A program made the translations under genes and the position numbers. A stretch of 62,279 bases of DNA from Pseudomonadota bacterium (GTDB lineage: Bacteria > Pseudomonadota > Gammaproteobacteria > Enterobacterales > JBCCZV01), in NCBI GenBank assembly GCA_039187085.1, contig JBCCZV010000005.1, positions 1-62,279 of the forward strand, in the 5' to 3' direction. The stretch's first letter is position 1. Each line of letters begins with the position of its first letter. The notes beneath the pieces were generated by a model. That model made no database searches and had not been told where the DNA came from. It saw only the letters and a list, made by a program, of their open reading frames with translations. Shown here piece by piece: positions 7,789-16,775 of the stretch.

Positions 7789-9195
7789 TTAGCGTCGAGT
7801 ACGCATTCGGCAGAACATAGCGCCGAAGAGTACCAGTAACAATGTCGCGCCATTGCCTGCTGTGCTGGTTGAAGAAGAGCTAGTTGATTCACTATCAACA
7901 GACTCAGCAGGTGCATCATCGCTTGAAGCATTGTCAGGAGGCGTACTACCGGTATCGCCATCACCTGTGTTATCGTCATTGCCGTTATCAGCACTTTGAT
8001 TGATATAGGTCGTTAACTCTGATTTTGAAACTGTCTGGTCACCATTCGTATCGATACGTGTTAATGCAGAAGTATTAATGTTGACAAAGCTCTGGTTTAG
8101 AAAGTCAAAAGTTAGTAAGCCATCAGCATCTTCGTCTAAGTCATCAAAGTCTTCCATAAGCACTGTAGCAAATTCCATGGGTGACATTTGCAAGGCGTTG
8201 TACTGTGCGGTTAGCATAACGCTCTTTTCATCAGTTGCTCCCGTTGCATCGGTGATGATTAAAGCGACTTGATGACGACCTGGTTCTTCGAAAGTCGCTT
8301 CGATCTCGGTCATACCATCAAATTCAGGTCGCATGATTCCCGCGATTTTCCATTGATAGTTAGTGATTTCATCCGATTGCTCTGCGGTAAGTTTTACACT
8401 CAAAGGAACAACTCCGAGAAATAAATCGGGACTTAGTGCTGCAAGCAAGGCATCGGCATTGAGTGCTTTAACAGCTGTTGTGATTTCGTTAGTCAGTCCT
8501 GCAATGTCAGTGGCTGTTAATTTAACGGTGTAATCACCCGGTGTATTAAATGTGTGTTGCGCTGTGACGCCACTGACGGCTTCACTACCATCACCAAAAT
8601 CCCAGCTATAGGTGACACCTTCTGCATCATCTGTTGTAGCTGCAGCATCAAACATGATGGTAAAAGGGACTTTACCTTCTTCCGATGAAGCTGTGAACTG
8701 CGCGGCTGGTGGTTGATTTTGAACAGCTTCAACAATTTTGATGTCGGTACAAGAATAGTATGGGTTGTTCAAATTAAACTTAAGTTGTAGTGTACAAGCC
8801 TCACAAGGAGTATCCGGTACCGTGATTTTCTGTTCGTACTTGACGGGTTCGCCGTTTTGCGGATTACCAACATCAGGGATGTTGTCCATGATGATGTTAT
8901 CATCGAAACCTTCATCATTAGCGGGCGAAAAAGCAATGCGGAAGCTACCGTTATGTGGGCGAGTTTCCTCAAATTGAAAAACAACTTCTGACCCAGCGAC
9001 CAACTGAACCGAAGTTGCTCCTCTCGCATCACCGCCACAAGGTGCGCGCGTGCTACCGAGAGTATTTGGGTTTCTAGGAGAAAGTTCTGCACCTGGTGTG
9101 ACACGCGAATGTGCGAAGGCGTTCGCGCTAATAATAAAAGACGTCACAATCGTCGAAGCGATTATGGTCTTTTTATTAACCCCAAAAAATTTCAT
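7789..9195 (-). CDS. Secreted multidomain protein. It has an N-terminal-His (histidine-brace/LPMO-like) domain, 2 PKD-like domains, EF-hand-like loops, an acidic S/T/D linker and a C-terminal TM+RTRR tail.
   Basis: Signal peptide ...SANAFA|HSRV. Motifs ETRPHNGSFRIAFSP, PCEACTLQ, YYSCTDI. PKD signature YSWDFGDGS...HTFNTPGDYTVKLTATD. DEDADGLLTFDF and DTNGDQTVSKSEL loops. Tail GNGATLLLVLFGAMFCRMRTRR*. Confidence 0.75.
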   Translation of the reverse strand: MKFFGVNKKTIIASTIVTSFIISANAFAHSRVTPGAELSPRNPNTLGSTRAPCGGDARGATSVQLVAGSEVVFQFEETRPHNGSFRIAFSPANDEGFDDNIIMDNIPDVGNPQNGEPVKYEQKITVPDTPCEACTLQLKFNLNNPYYSCTDIKIVEAVQNQPPAAQFTASSEEGKVPFTIMFDAAATTDDAEGVTYSWDFGDGSEAVSGVTAQHTFNTPGDYTVKLTATDIAGLTNEITTAVKALNADALLAALSPDLFLGVVPLSVKLTAEQSDEITNYQWKIAGIMRPEFDGMTEIEATFEEPGRHQVALIITDATGATDEKSVMLTAQYNALQMSPMEFATVLMEDFDDLDEDADGLLTFDFLNQSFVNINTSALTRIDTNGDQTVSKSELTTYINQSADNGNDDNTGDGDTGSTPPDNASSDDAPAESVDSESTSSSSTSTAGNGATLLLVLFGAMFCRMRTRR

Positions 9196-9447
9196 GTGTA
9201 CCTACCTCTTTTTAAATATGATGATGTGTGTGTGGAACATCAAATGAAATGATAAATAAACATGTGGATTTATACATAGATGTCGTCTAGGTTTTGATTG
9301 CGAAGAAGGTGGCAGTTATTGAAGAAATTGCTGGAGAGCGTTTGGAATGAAAAATTACCGTTTAACTTATTGAAAATAAATAAAAAATAAAATGATGAAA
9401 TTATCACAAAAACACTGACAAATTTAATTTGTTTACAAAGTAAACAA

Positions 9448-9478
9448 GGGCCAAATCTTTTTTGTTCAGTTTTGGCCC
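9448..9478 (-). terminator. Putative terminator after yceI
   Basis: Minus strand: gggccaaa-(15 nt)-tttggccc followed by a T-rich sequence (cttgtttactttg). Confidence 0.45.
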
Positions 9479-9502
9479 AGGGAAATTAACTTGGCAGCAG
9501 AA

Positions 9503-10072
9503 TTAACGTTTAATACCTTCAACATGCAAGGTTAAGAAAACTTCTTCTGATTTGGGTCCCAAGCTTTTCTTAACATTGTAGTCTGCCATTTTGAAAGAAG
9601 TGGTGCCTTCAAAACCTTGGCGAAAACCACCCCAAGGATCTTTACCACCACCAATATGCTTCGCATCAATAACCAACTCTTTGGTCACACCATTAAAAGT
9701 AAAGTCACCGATTATTTTAAAGTCGTTCATGTCACCTTCAATTTTTTTGCTGACAAATTTGGCTTCAGGGAATTTTTTGGTGTTAAGGAAATCTGGGCTG
9801 CGAAGGTGCTTATCTCTTTCCGCATGGTTGCTGTTGACACTATTGGTATCGATAGTAATTTCAACCGTTGAATTTTTGAAGTTTTTATCGTCAACAATAA
9901 ATAGGCCATCAAATTTGTCGAAGCGCCCAAGCAACCAAGAATATCCTAAATGGTTGACTTTAAAATTAATTGAAGCGTGCATTCCAGGAATATCTACCAT
10001 GTATTTAGCCGCTTGAGCAGTTAATGTTAATGATGCAGCAATCAATGCTGAGAAAAAGAGTTTTTTTATCAT
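9503..10072 (-). CDS. yceI: YceI-family periplasmic polyisoprenoid-binding protein
   Basis: Start at Met13 (ATG 10072, SD ggaga). Signal peptide ...LTAQA|A. Motifs INFKVNHLGYSWLLGRF, HAERDKHLRSPDFLN, FPEAKFVS are typical of YceI. Confidence 0.85.
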   Translation of the reverse strand: MIKKLFFSALIAASLTLTAQAAKYMVDIPGMHASINFKVNHLGYSWLLGRFDKFDGLFIVDDKNFKNSTVEITIDTNSVNSNHAERDKHLRSPDFLNTKKFPEAKFVSKKIEGDMNDFKIIGDFTFNGVTKELVIDAKHIGGGKDPWGGFRQGFEGTTSFKMADYNVKKSLGPKSEEVFLTLHVEGIKR

Positions 10073-10108
10073 CGTCGTTCTCCAGTTTGGGTTAGGTAAA
10101 AGAAACAA

Positions 10109-10657
10109 TTAGTAATGACTTTTTAACATGCGTTTTAACGTAGGATCTTTCTCGATAAAGTGATGTTTGATAGCGGCGGCAATGTGTAAAACACTTAAAC
10201 CAACAATCAGGTAAGCACTGTATTCATGAATGATTCCAACAGAAATAAAGTCTGGGTAAGGACCTTGCACTAATGCGGGTACTGTAAACCAATCAAATAC
10301 ACTGATCCCTTGCCCCTTCTCTGTAGATATAAGGTAACCAGAAATTAATATCGTGAAAAGTAGAGCATAAAACAGCCATTGCACGGCTAAAGCAAGTTTT
10401 TGCTCAAGTGCATTTTTAGCGATAGGTCGGGGTGTTGGTTGACTTGTGCGAAGGAATAAACGTAGAAGACTCAGAAAGAGTAAAAGTATACCAACACTTT
10501 TATGGTAGAAAGGAGCGTTATGATACCAGGGATCGTAATAATCCAGCCCCACCATCCAAAAACCCACAGCAAATAAGCCGTAAACGGTCAGTGCACTCAA
10601 CCAGTGTATTACAATATTAGCGTGCCCATACCTTACGGAAGAATTGAATAAGCTCAT
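10109..10657 (-). CDS. cybB: Cytochrome b561 family membrane protein
   Basis: RYGHANIVIHWLSAL..., four TM helices, conserved His residues (HW, HKS, HEYSAY, H..AAIKHH). The stop directly abuts the yceI ORF, which is the classic cybB-yceI pair. Confidence 0.85.
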   Translation of the reverse strand: MSLFNSSVRYGHANIVIHWLSALTVYGLFAVGFWMVGLDYYDPWYHNAPFYHKSVGILLLFLSLLRLFLRTSQPTPRPIAKNALEQKLALAVQWLFYALLFTILISGYLISTEKGQGISVFDWFTVPALVQGPYPDFISVGIIHEYSAYLIVGLSVLHIAAAIKHHFIEKDPTLKRMLKSHY

Positions 10658-10833
10658 TTAGCGAGTCCAAATTATTATTGTTAAATCAAAAATAGCACGA
10701 GTATCAGTTGTATAGAAGTATATGGGGTAATCTGCAACAGAAATCAAATGAGTTTAGTAAGATAGAGTTAACAAATAAGCAGATTTAGTGAGGTGACCAA
10801 ACGTTTATACTAATAAAAGTGAGTACTAAAATT

Positions 10834-10865
10834 AAAAAAAGCATTGACAGTAATGCCAATGCTTT
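10834..10865 (-). terminator. Rho-independent terminator of the 10899..11891 gene
   Basis: Minus strand: aaagcattg-(10 nt)-caatgcttt followed by ttttaatttt. Confidence 0.7.
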
Positions 10866-10898
10866 TCGGTTTGTAATATAAAGTCAGTTAACTTGTAA

Positions 10899-11891
10899 CT
10901 ATTGTTTGCGTCGTAAGCCAATCAAAGTCATTAGCATCAGCAATAGGAAACCTAAATGACCAGATTCTTCTTCCGTACTTAATGGGTTATCACTAAGGTT
11001 TTCTTCAACTGCAGCATTATCATTAGCACTTTCTTCATCGGTCGCGGTGTTTTCATCTTCTGAATTATCAGTGCTGTCAGAGTTTTCATTATCGCTGTCA
11101 CCATTGCTTTCACCGCCACTGTTGGCTGGTGGATCGTCAGCAGGATCTTCTGGTGATGCGTCAACAGGCTCTTGTGCACCAGCGGCAATTAATTCTTCTT
11201 TAGTGAGAAAGCCGTCAGAGTCCGTATCTAAGCCCGCAAAATTTTCTTCAGCCAACTCAACTACCACCTGAATTTCTTGAAAGTCTAATTGCCCATTATT
11301 ATCCGTATCGATAGCTTCAAAATCGTCGTAGATTTGTTGCGTTACGCTAATGGGAGTATCCGCTGGCGGCGCTGGGTCAACAGGTGGAGGTGGCTCCGGT
11401 GCTGGTGCAGCAGCAAGCACTATATCCGCACAAGAGTAGTAATTGCTATTGTTATTCTGCATAAACTGAACCATTTGCAGAACGCAATTGTTGCAAGGTT
11501 CAGTAGGTAGAGTGATATTTGCGGTGTACTCGGCGGGCACTTGATTGTTGGGATCAACCTCTTTGTGCAGAAGGTTGGTTTCATCCGCAAGATCGGCAAC
11601 GCTAGACGGTAAACCTTGCTCGCCATCCGGTGAGAAGAAAATATAATACATGCCGGTGTGATTAATGGTTTCCGTCCATTGTACCGTTATAGTTTGACCG
11701 ACCTGAAACGTCATCGGATTGGGTGAACGATCAAGGTTGCCGCAAGCACCCGTTTTAATGTTATCAACATCTGCGCGTGCTGTTAATGTACCACCGAATT
11801 TCCACTTGGCATGCGCATCAACAGGTTGTGGTGTAGCAAGCAAGGCAACACTGCCTATGGTTGCAAAAGTGAACAAAGTTTTAAACTGCAT
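10899..11891 (-). CDS. Secreted protein. It has an N-terminal-His (histidine-brace/LPMO-like) domain, a Pro-rich linker, two EF-hand loops, an acidic linker and a C-terminal TM+RRK tail. It is a paralog of 7789..9195.
   Basis: Start at Met6 (ATG 11891). Signal peptide ...PQPVDA|HAKW. Motifs ETINHTGMYYIFFSP, PCNNCVLQ, YYSCADI. DTDNNGQLDFQEI and DTDSDGFLTKEEL loops. Tail SGHLGFLLLMLMTLIGLRRKQ*. Confidence 0.75.
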   Translation of the reverse strand: MQFKTLFTFATIGSVALLATPQPVDAHAKWKFGGTLTARADVDNIKTGACGNLDRSPNPMTFQVGQTITVQWTETINHTGMYYIFFSPDGEQGLPSSVADLADETNLLHKEVDPNNQVPAEYTANITLPTEPCNNCVLQMVQFMQNNNSNYYSCADIVLAAAPAPEPPPPVDPAPPADTPISVTQQIYDDFEAIDTDNNGQLDFQEIQVVVELAEENFAGLDTDSDGFLTKEELIAAGAQEPVDASPEDPADDPPANSGGESNGDSDNENSDSTDNSEDENTATDEESANDNAAVEENLSDNPLSTEEESGHLGFLLLMLMTLIGLRRKQ

Positions 11892-12026
11892 GACCCTAAC
11901 TACCATTGTTTGTGTGTGTGATTTCAGGAAAGTATCATAGGTCGTGCTTGTATACGTGTGAATTGAGCCTCTCTTTACCAGATGTAATCCTAGCCAATCA
12001 GGGTTATGTGAATCAATACCACAAAT

Positions 12027-13124
12027 TTAGCGAACAAGTTTACTATTTAATACCGTTTCGCTCTGTAAAATAACAGCATTAGCTGTTAGTGAACTTAAGC
12101 AGTGGTAAGGAGAAGTTGATACACAACGTGAGCGTAAACAATGGCTTTCACATGGAGTCGGGCCTTTTAATATCGTAACGTTTTTACCCATAGGTCCCCA
12201 AAATTTCTCATTGGTGGGCCCGAAAATAGCAATGCAAGGACGTCCAGTTGAGGCTGCTAAATGTGATGGGCCTGTGTCATTACCAATGATCAAAGCACAG
12301 CGTGTGTAGAGGGTGTAAAGTTGAGGTAATGATAACCGATTGCATAAATCAATCACTGGGGCGTGAGCATTTTCAAGGATCACATCAACTTTTTCTTTAT
12401 CCAGTTTTCCTGCCCCAACGAGTACAACTTGGCAGCCTTGTTGTGACAAAGATTGTGTTAACTGAGTAAAATTTGCAACAGGCCATTGCTTATAAGCTTT
12501 GTTGGCGCTGGGGTGAATTGCCACGATAGGCTGCGTGTTATCAATGCCATAGCGTTCAAAAACATGATCGATTTGCTGCTTAATGGCTGTAGAAAACTGT
12601 AATCGCGCGTAGCTTTGGTTGGGCTTTTGAATAGGCAGCCATTCGATCACACGCCAATAATTTTCCCAGCGGGTTTCTGCCTCGTCTTGATTTTGAATAA
12701 TTTTGTTAAAACGATTTTTTTTGTGTGAAAACCGATTACCCACGCGCAACTGCGCGCCAGACAAGCGTGCAAAATTGCCATGCACATTATCGCCATCAAT
12801 ATCTAATACAATATCTGCCTTAATCTGTCTTAATTCGCGCAAAAAGTTAGTCATGATGCTTATGCGGGACCAGAATTTTCCTTGTTTCATTGAGCGTCTA
12901 GGGTAATAAATACAGCGCATGACTTTGGGTAAGCCTGCGGCTTCAACAAGAGGTTGATAGGACGCGTCGAATAGGCCTACAGGCGTATGACCTTGTTGAG
13001 CAAGCTGCACAGAGGCGGCTTTAACTAAATCTAATCCAATTAATAAATTACCCAAATATTTGCTGGCGAGGAGAAAAAGCAATGTTTTAGGTGCTTCAAA
13101 CTCACTAAGATCAATTGTTTGCAT
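12027..13124 (-). CDS. Glycosyltransferase family 9 (LPS heptosyltransferase-like)
   Basis: C-terminal GT9 signature ...LIIGNDTGPSHLAAS..RPCIAIFGPT and the overall RfaF/RfaC-like layout. The specific acceptor is not assignable. Confidence 0.8.
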   Translation of the reverse strand: MQTIDLSEFEAPKTLLFLLASKYLGNLLIGLDLVKAASVQLAQQGHTPVGLFDASYQPLVEAAGLPKVMRCIYYPRRSMKQGKFWSRISIMTNFLRELRQIKADIVLDIDGDNVHGNFARLSGAQLRVGNRFSHKKNRFNKIIQNQDEAETRWENYWRVIEWLPIQKPNQSYARLQFSTAIKQQIDHVFERYGIDNTQPIVAIHPSANKAYKQWPVANFTQLTQSLSQQGCQVVLVGAGKLDKEKVDVILENAHAPVIDLCNRLSLPQLYTLYTRCALIIGNDTGPSHLAASTGRPCIAIFGPTNEKFWGPMGKNVTILKGPTPCESHCLRSRCVSTSPYHCLSSLTANAVILQSETVLNSKLVR

Positions 13125-13602
13125 GCTGTGGATTTCAATAATTTTGTCGTACGAGATTTGGTTTTAAGAAAGCGAGTTTAGCATTTTTTTTATAGAATTC
13201 AGTAGTTAAAATCCAATTTATTGGAAATGTATGCAGCGGGTTAGCAATAACACGATGAACACGAAATTTTGCTAAGCTTTGATAAATTTAAGAAAGCCTA
13301 TTTAGAAATGACAGGAGTAAATCTTCTCATAAGGTGTTGTTTTACCATGGAGAGGAGGTTAAAGAAGCTAAGTCAATGAAAATGACAAAGAGAAGGCATT
13401 AAGAGATATCGATAGATGGTCATTATTACTTGTTAATGTGTGTGGTTACGAGATTCTAGAGATCGTATTATCAGACCTTCATCTTACATCTGATTAATAA
13501 GCTGTCGTTGTCGAATCACTTTATTATTAAAACTTTGGTTTATTCAATGGAAAAAATAGGGACGTTGGTGCTTTATGCTGGCTCTAAAACAGGCAGTGTT
13601 TA

Positions 13603-14019
13603 ATGTATTATAAGCTTTCAATTCAATCGGTTATATGGTTTTTTTGCTTTTTACTTTTGACCGCTTGTGAAAAAACGGTGATAAAGCCTGAAAATATTGC
13701 CGTAGATTATGTTAACGCTGTTTACGCGGGCGATTTAGAAACCTTCAAAACCTTAACTTTGCCAGAAAGCTATACACTTGAAGCTAGCGAAGATTATTAT
13801 TTGTTTGTCACGGGTAAATCGACAGCACGAATGCTTACAGCAATTCAACGAAAAGGCGTTAATGAAATCGTCATTGAAAAGGTAAAAATTTACCCGTCAG
13901 ATGGCAAAGTAACCATCAAAGTGCGATTTAATAATGAACAAGTCAAACGAGTCTCATTGCCTCTTATTAAAGTTAATGAACGCTGGTACGTAGAGGCAAC
14001 TCATTGGCGTTATTGGTAA
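13603..14019 (+). CDS. Small lipoprotein, DUF4878-like
   Basis: Lipobox LLTA|CEK. N-terminal AVDYVNAVYAGDLETFKTL is typical of DUF4878-type lipoproteins. This is a weak family call. Confidence 0.5.
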   Translation: MYYKLSIQSVIWFFCFLLLTACEKTVIKPENIAVDYVNAVYAGDLETFKTLTLPESYTLEASEDYYLFVTGKSTARMLTAIQRKGVNEIVIEKVKIYPSDGKVTIKVRFNNEQVKRVSLPLIKVNERWYVEATHWRYW

Positions 14020-14366
14020 CTTTTGGGAGGTAAATGAATAATTTTGCTACGTTTTTGTGGGTTTCTCGTTAAAGAAGTTTGAGGTCTTTGCCAAACTTCT
14101 CCCGCTTTAAAAGCTGTAAGAGCGTCGTTTAAATCAGAGAAACTTTCATTCATCATATTGAAGATTCGTAACATTCTATCAACCGGGTTTTTGGCGACTT
14201 CTTTTTGAGCATCTATTTTAAACTGGAGCCCACGAAGTTTTCGCTGACCGTCAGTATTGCGTCGAGACAAAATCGCATTAAACTCTTTCTCATAAAGCGA
14301 TTCGAGTGCTTGAGGTTGAGTTTCAGCTAAATGCCTGAGGGTGTCAAAGTCGGGTAATCCGGCCAT
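14010..14366 (-). CDS. DUF3135-like protein
   Basis: LPDFDTLRHLAETQPQALESL....RKLRGLQFKIDA resembles the DUF3135 pattern. Its 3' end overlaps the convergent gene by 10 nt. Confidence 0.5.
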   Translation of the reverse strand: MAGLPDFDTLRHLAETQPQALESLYEKEFNAILSRRNTDGQRKLRGLQFKIDAQKEVAKNPVDRMLRIFNMMNESFSDLNDALTAFKAGEVWQRPQTSLTRNPQKRSKIIHLPPKSYQ

Positions 14367-14585
14367 AGTTTTTTGTACCTTAAAGTCTCTACAAAATTAC
14401 TATACGCTCAGAGTTTCCCATTGGGTAGGCTGATTACAACGAATTGTGATTACAAACGAAAGAAAGACCGTTTAGTTTTTATATCTGTTAATGCGTTAAA
14501 ATAATAATCGCTATCAATCACGCACTTTATACAAAATAGCCATAATTCTAGAAAAAGTTGTGAGGTTGTTAGATTTTCATCACGA

Positions 14586-15065
14586 TTAACGGTTTTGATC
14601 TTTAAGAATACGTTCTTTTGAGCGCTTCCATTCCTTATCTTTTTCTGTTGCACGCTTATCGTGAAGTTTTTTACCTTTCGCTACTCCGACGTCTAATTTA
14701 ATCAAATGCTTTTTCCAGTAAAGTGCCAAAGGTACGATCGTATAGCCATCACGGTTTGCCGCGCCAAAGAGTTTAGAGAGCTCACGATTATGCAATAATA
14801 GTTTGCGCTCGCGTGTAGGTGTTGTGTTGACATGAGTGGACGCGGTATTCAGAGGGCTGATGTGGCAATTTGTCAACCATGCTTCGCCGTCACGCATATG
14901 AATGTAACTTTCAGCCAAATTGACTTTAGCTTCTCTTAAACTTTTTACCTCCCAGCCTAGAAGCGATAAACCCGCTTCGTAATTTTCTTCGATGAAGTAA
15001 TCAAATTTGGCTTTTTTATTGAGTACGATGGTATTAGGGGAGGATTTTTTGGATTTTTTACTCAT
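14586..15065 (-). CDS. smpB: SsrA-binding protein SmpB
   Basis: Start at Met21 (ATG 15065). [26 protein letters not shown]...HISPL...H....R.RKLLLH..E is canonical SmpB. Confidence 0.95.
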   Translation of the reverse strand: MSKKSKKSSPNTIVLNKKAKFDYFIEENYEAGLSLLGWEVKSLREAKVNLAESYIHMRDGEAWLTNCHISPLNTASTHVNTTPTRERKLLLHNRELSKLFGAANRDGYTIVPLALYWKKHLIKLDVGVAKGKKLHDKRATEKDKEWKRSKERILKDQNR

Positions 15066-15308
15066 TGAAAGTCTTACTTGCCTAAAATGATCGTTGACTA
15101 TAACGGATTCACATGTCACAAACAATCAGTAGTACTCGCATTAATGCTATAAATTGACCAGAATAAGCAATAAGCCATGGTATTGACTGGACAGAATGAT
15201 CAACTCTACTTTGCTGCCGTGATAAGCTTTGCTACTATGTAGCGAATTTTATTCCAATCTATTTAGATGAAGTCAGTTTTCCCTGTGAATGACCAGAGAG
15301 GTTAGTCA

Positions 15309-15755
15309 TTGACCACAATTAGTCGCCACGCCATCGTGCCTTACGATGCTCAAAAAATGTATGAGCTTGTCAATAATGTTGTTGAATATCCAGAATTTTT
15401 ATCGGGTTGTGATCGAGTATTGATCCATCAAGAATCTGAGCTTGCCATGCGGGCTAGCTTGTTTATTAAAAAGATGGGAATGTCTTTCGAATTGGAAACC
15501 GATAATGTTTTAAAGCCGGGTGAAGCGATAGAGATGTCTTTAAACTCTGGTCCGTTTAAATATTTACAAGGAGAATGGCAGTTCGCTCAATTAAGAGAGA
15601 ATGCTTGCAAGGTAGCTTTGCATATGGAATATCGTTTTAAGTCAAAAACCTTTGAATTGATGTTAGGGCGAGTTTTTTCTGAGTTGGCCAACAATATGCT
15701 TCAATCTTTTGTGAGAAGGGCCCAACAAAAATTTGGTGTTGTGAAACAAGGTTAG
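15309..15755 (+). CDS. ratA: SRPBCC-family RatA/YfjG (ubiquinone-binding Coq10-like)
   Basis: ISRHAIVPYDAQKMYELVNNVVEYPEFLSGC... aligns by eye with E. coli RatA (ISRTALVPYSAEQMYQLVNDVQSYPQFLPGC). TTG start. Confidence 0.85.
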   Translation: MTTISRHAIVPYDAQKMYELVNNVVEYPEFLSGCDRVLIHQESELAMRASLFIKKMGMSFELETDNVLKPGEAIEMSLNSGPFKYLQGEWQFAQLRENACKVALHMEYRFKSKTFELMLGRVFSELANNMLQSFVRRAQQKFGVVKQG

Positions 15756-15775
15756 GCCATCGTTTTGAATGAATT

Positions 15776-16102
15776 ATGAACAACGAAAAGACCTCATCTC
15801 CAATACTTATTGAAGTGGCTTATGCACTACCCGATAAGCAGACTTTACTCGCTTTGCAGGTTCCTGAAGGTACTCGTGTGGCAGAGGCAATTCATTTATC
15901 AGGGATATTGGATAAACACCCTGAAATTGACACGCAAGTTAACAAAGTCGGCATTTTTTCCAAATTGGCAAAACTGGACACAGAATTGCGCGACAAAGAC
16001 CGAGTAGAAATTTATCGGCCTCTGATTGCGGACCCTAAAGAAGCGCGTAGAAAACGCGCTGAGAAAGCGAAAATTGAAAAGAAGTTAAACAAAGGAACGT
16101 AA
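15776..16102 (+). CDS. rnfH: RnfH-family ubiquitin-like protein
   Basis: IEVAYALPDKQ...VGIFSK......L.D.DRVEIYRPLIADPKE.RR.RAEK is a typical RnfH/YfjF motif. Position is conserved after ratA. Confidence 0.85.
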   Translation: MNNEKTSSPILIEVAYALPDKQTLLALQVPEGTRVAEAIHLSGILDKHPEIDTQVNKVGIFSKLAKLDTELRDKDRVEIYRPLIADPKEARRKRAEKAKIEKKLNKGT

Positions 16103-16107
16103 TCGTT

Positions 16108-16518
16108 TCAACTTTGTTCCTTTTTCTTCGTCACGTAAAGTACTAGGGAGTGGTCAGCAAGATCAAAACCATGCTTTTCAGCAATAATTTTTTGGCGTTT
16201 TTCTATTTCTTCATCAAAAAACTCGATCACTTCTCCTGTTTCGATACATACCATATGATCATGATGATCGCCTGTGGATAATTCAAAAACGGAATGTCCA
16301 CCTTCAAAATTATGTCTTTCTACCAAACCAGCGGCTTCAAACTGTGTGAGAACTCGGTATACCGTTGCGAGACCAACATCATCTCCTGCGTCCAGCAAAA
16401 GCTTGTAAACTTCTTCTGCGCTTAAATGCTTGCCAATTTTAGTTTCAAGAATCTCTAATATCTTGACTCGTGGTAAAGTGACTTTTAGGCCCGCTTTTTT
16501 GAGTTGTTGATTATCCAA
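16108..16518 (-). CDS. fur: Ferric uptake regulator Fur
   Basis: LKKAGLKVTLPRVKILEILE...GLATVYRVLTQFEAAGLV.RHNFEGG.SVFEL...HHDHM.C is near-identical in pattern to E. coli Fur. Confidence 0.95.
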   Translation of the reverse strand: MDNQQLKKAGLKVTLPRVKILEILETKIGKHLSAEEVYKLLLDAGDDVGLATVYRVLTQFEAAGLVERHNFEGGHSVFELSTGDHHDHMVCIETGEVIEFFDEEIEKRQKIIAEKHGFDLADHSLVLYVTKKKEQS

Positions 16519-16775
16519 AAACCTTGCTCCTTTTCTACTCGCTGAGGTAATAGGTAGGCCAATAAAGTTGGCTCGTCAATGGAAGTTTCATTATACTCTG
16601 TGACTATCTAAGAGCAAAACTTTGGCTTTGAAGCGATTGAAAAAGCCGTAATATCAGTGAGTTTGTCAAGTGGACAAGCTATCTCACCAGTTTGCAGCTT
16701 AACAAAAATACAAAGCTTTGAAACTAAACTGCCATTTATGTATCAAAAACTTAGCGTTTGATAGAGGTATACTAA

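Noticed and set aside
14367-14585. Expected an ssrA (tmRNA) gene next to smpB
   Set aside because: The spacer downstream of smpB is only about 220 nt. It lacks the tmRNA 5' GGGGCUGA... start, the tag-reading-frame region and the tRNA-like 3' end (...GGUUCGAAUCC...CCA). No tmRNA-like sequence was noticed elsewhere in the window.
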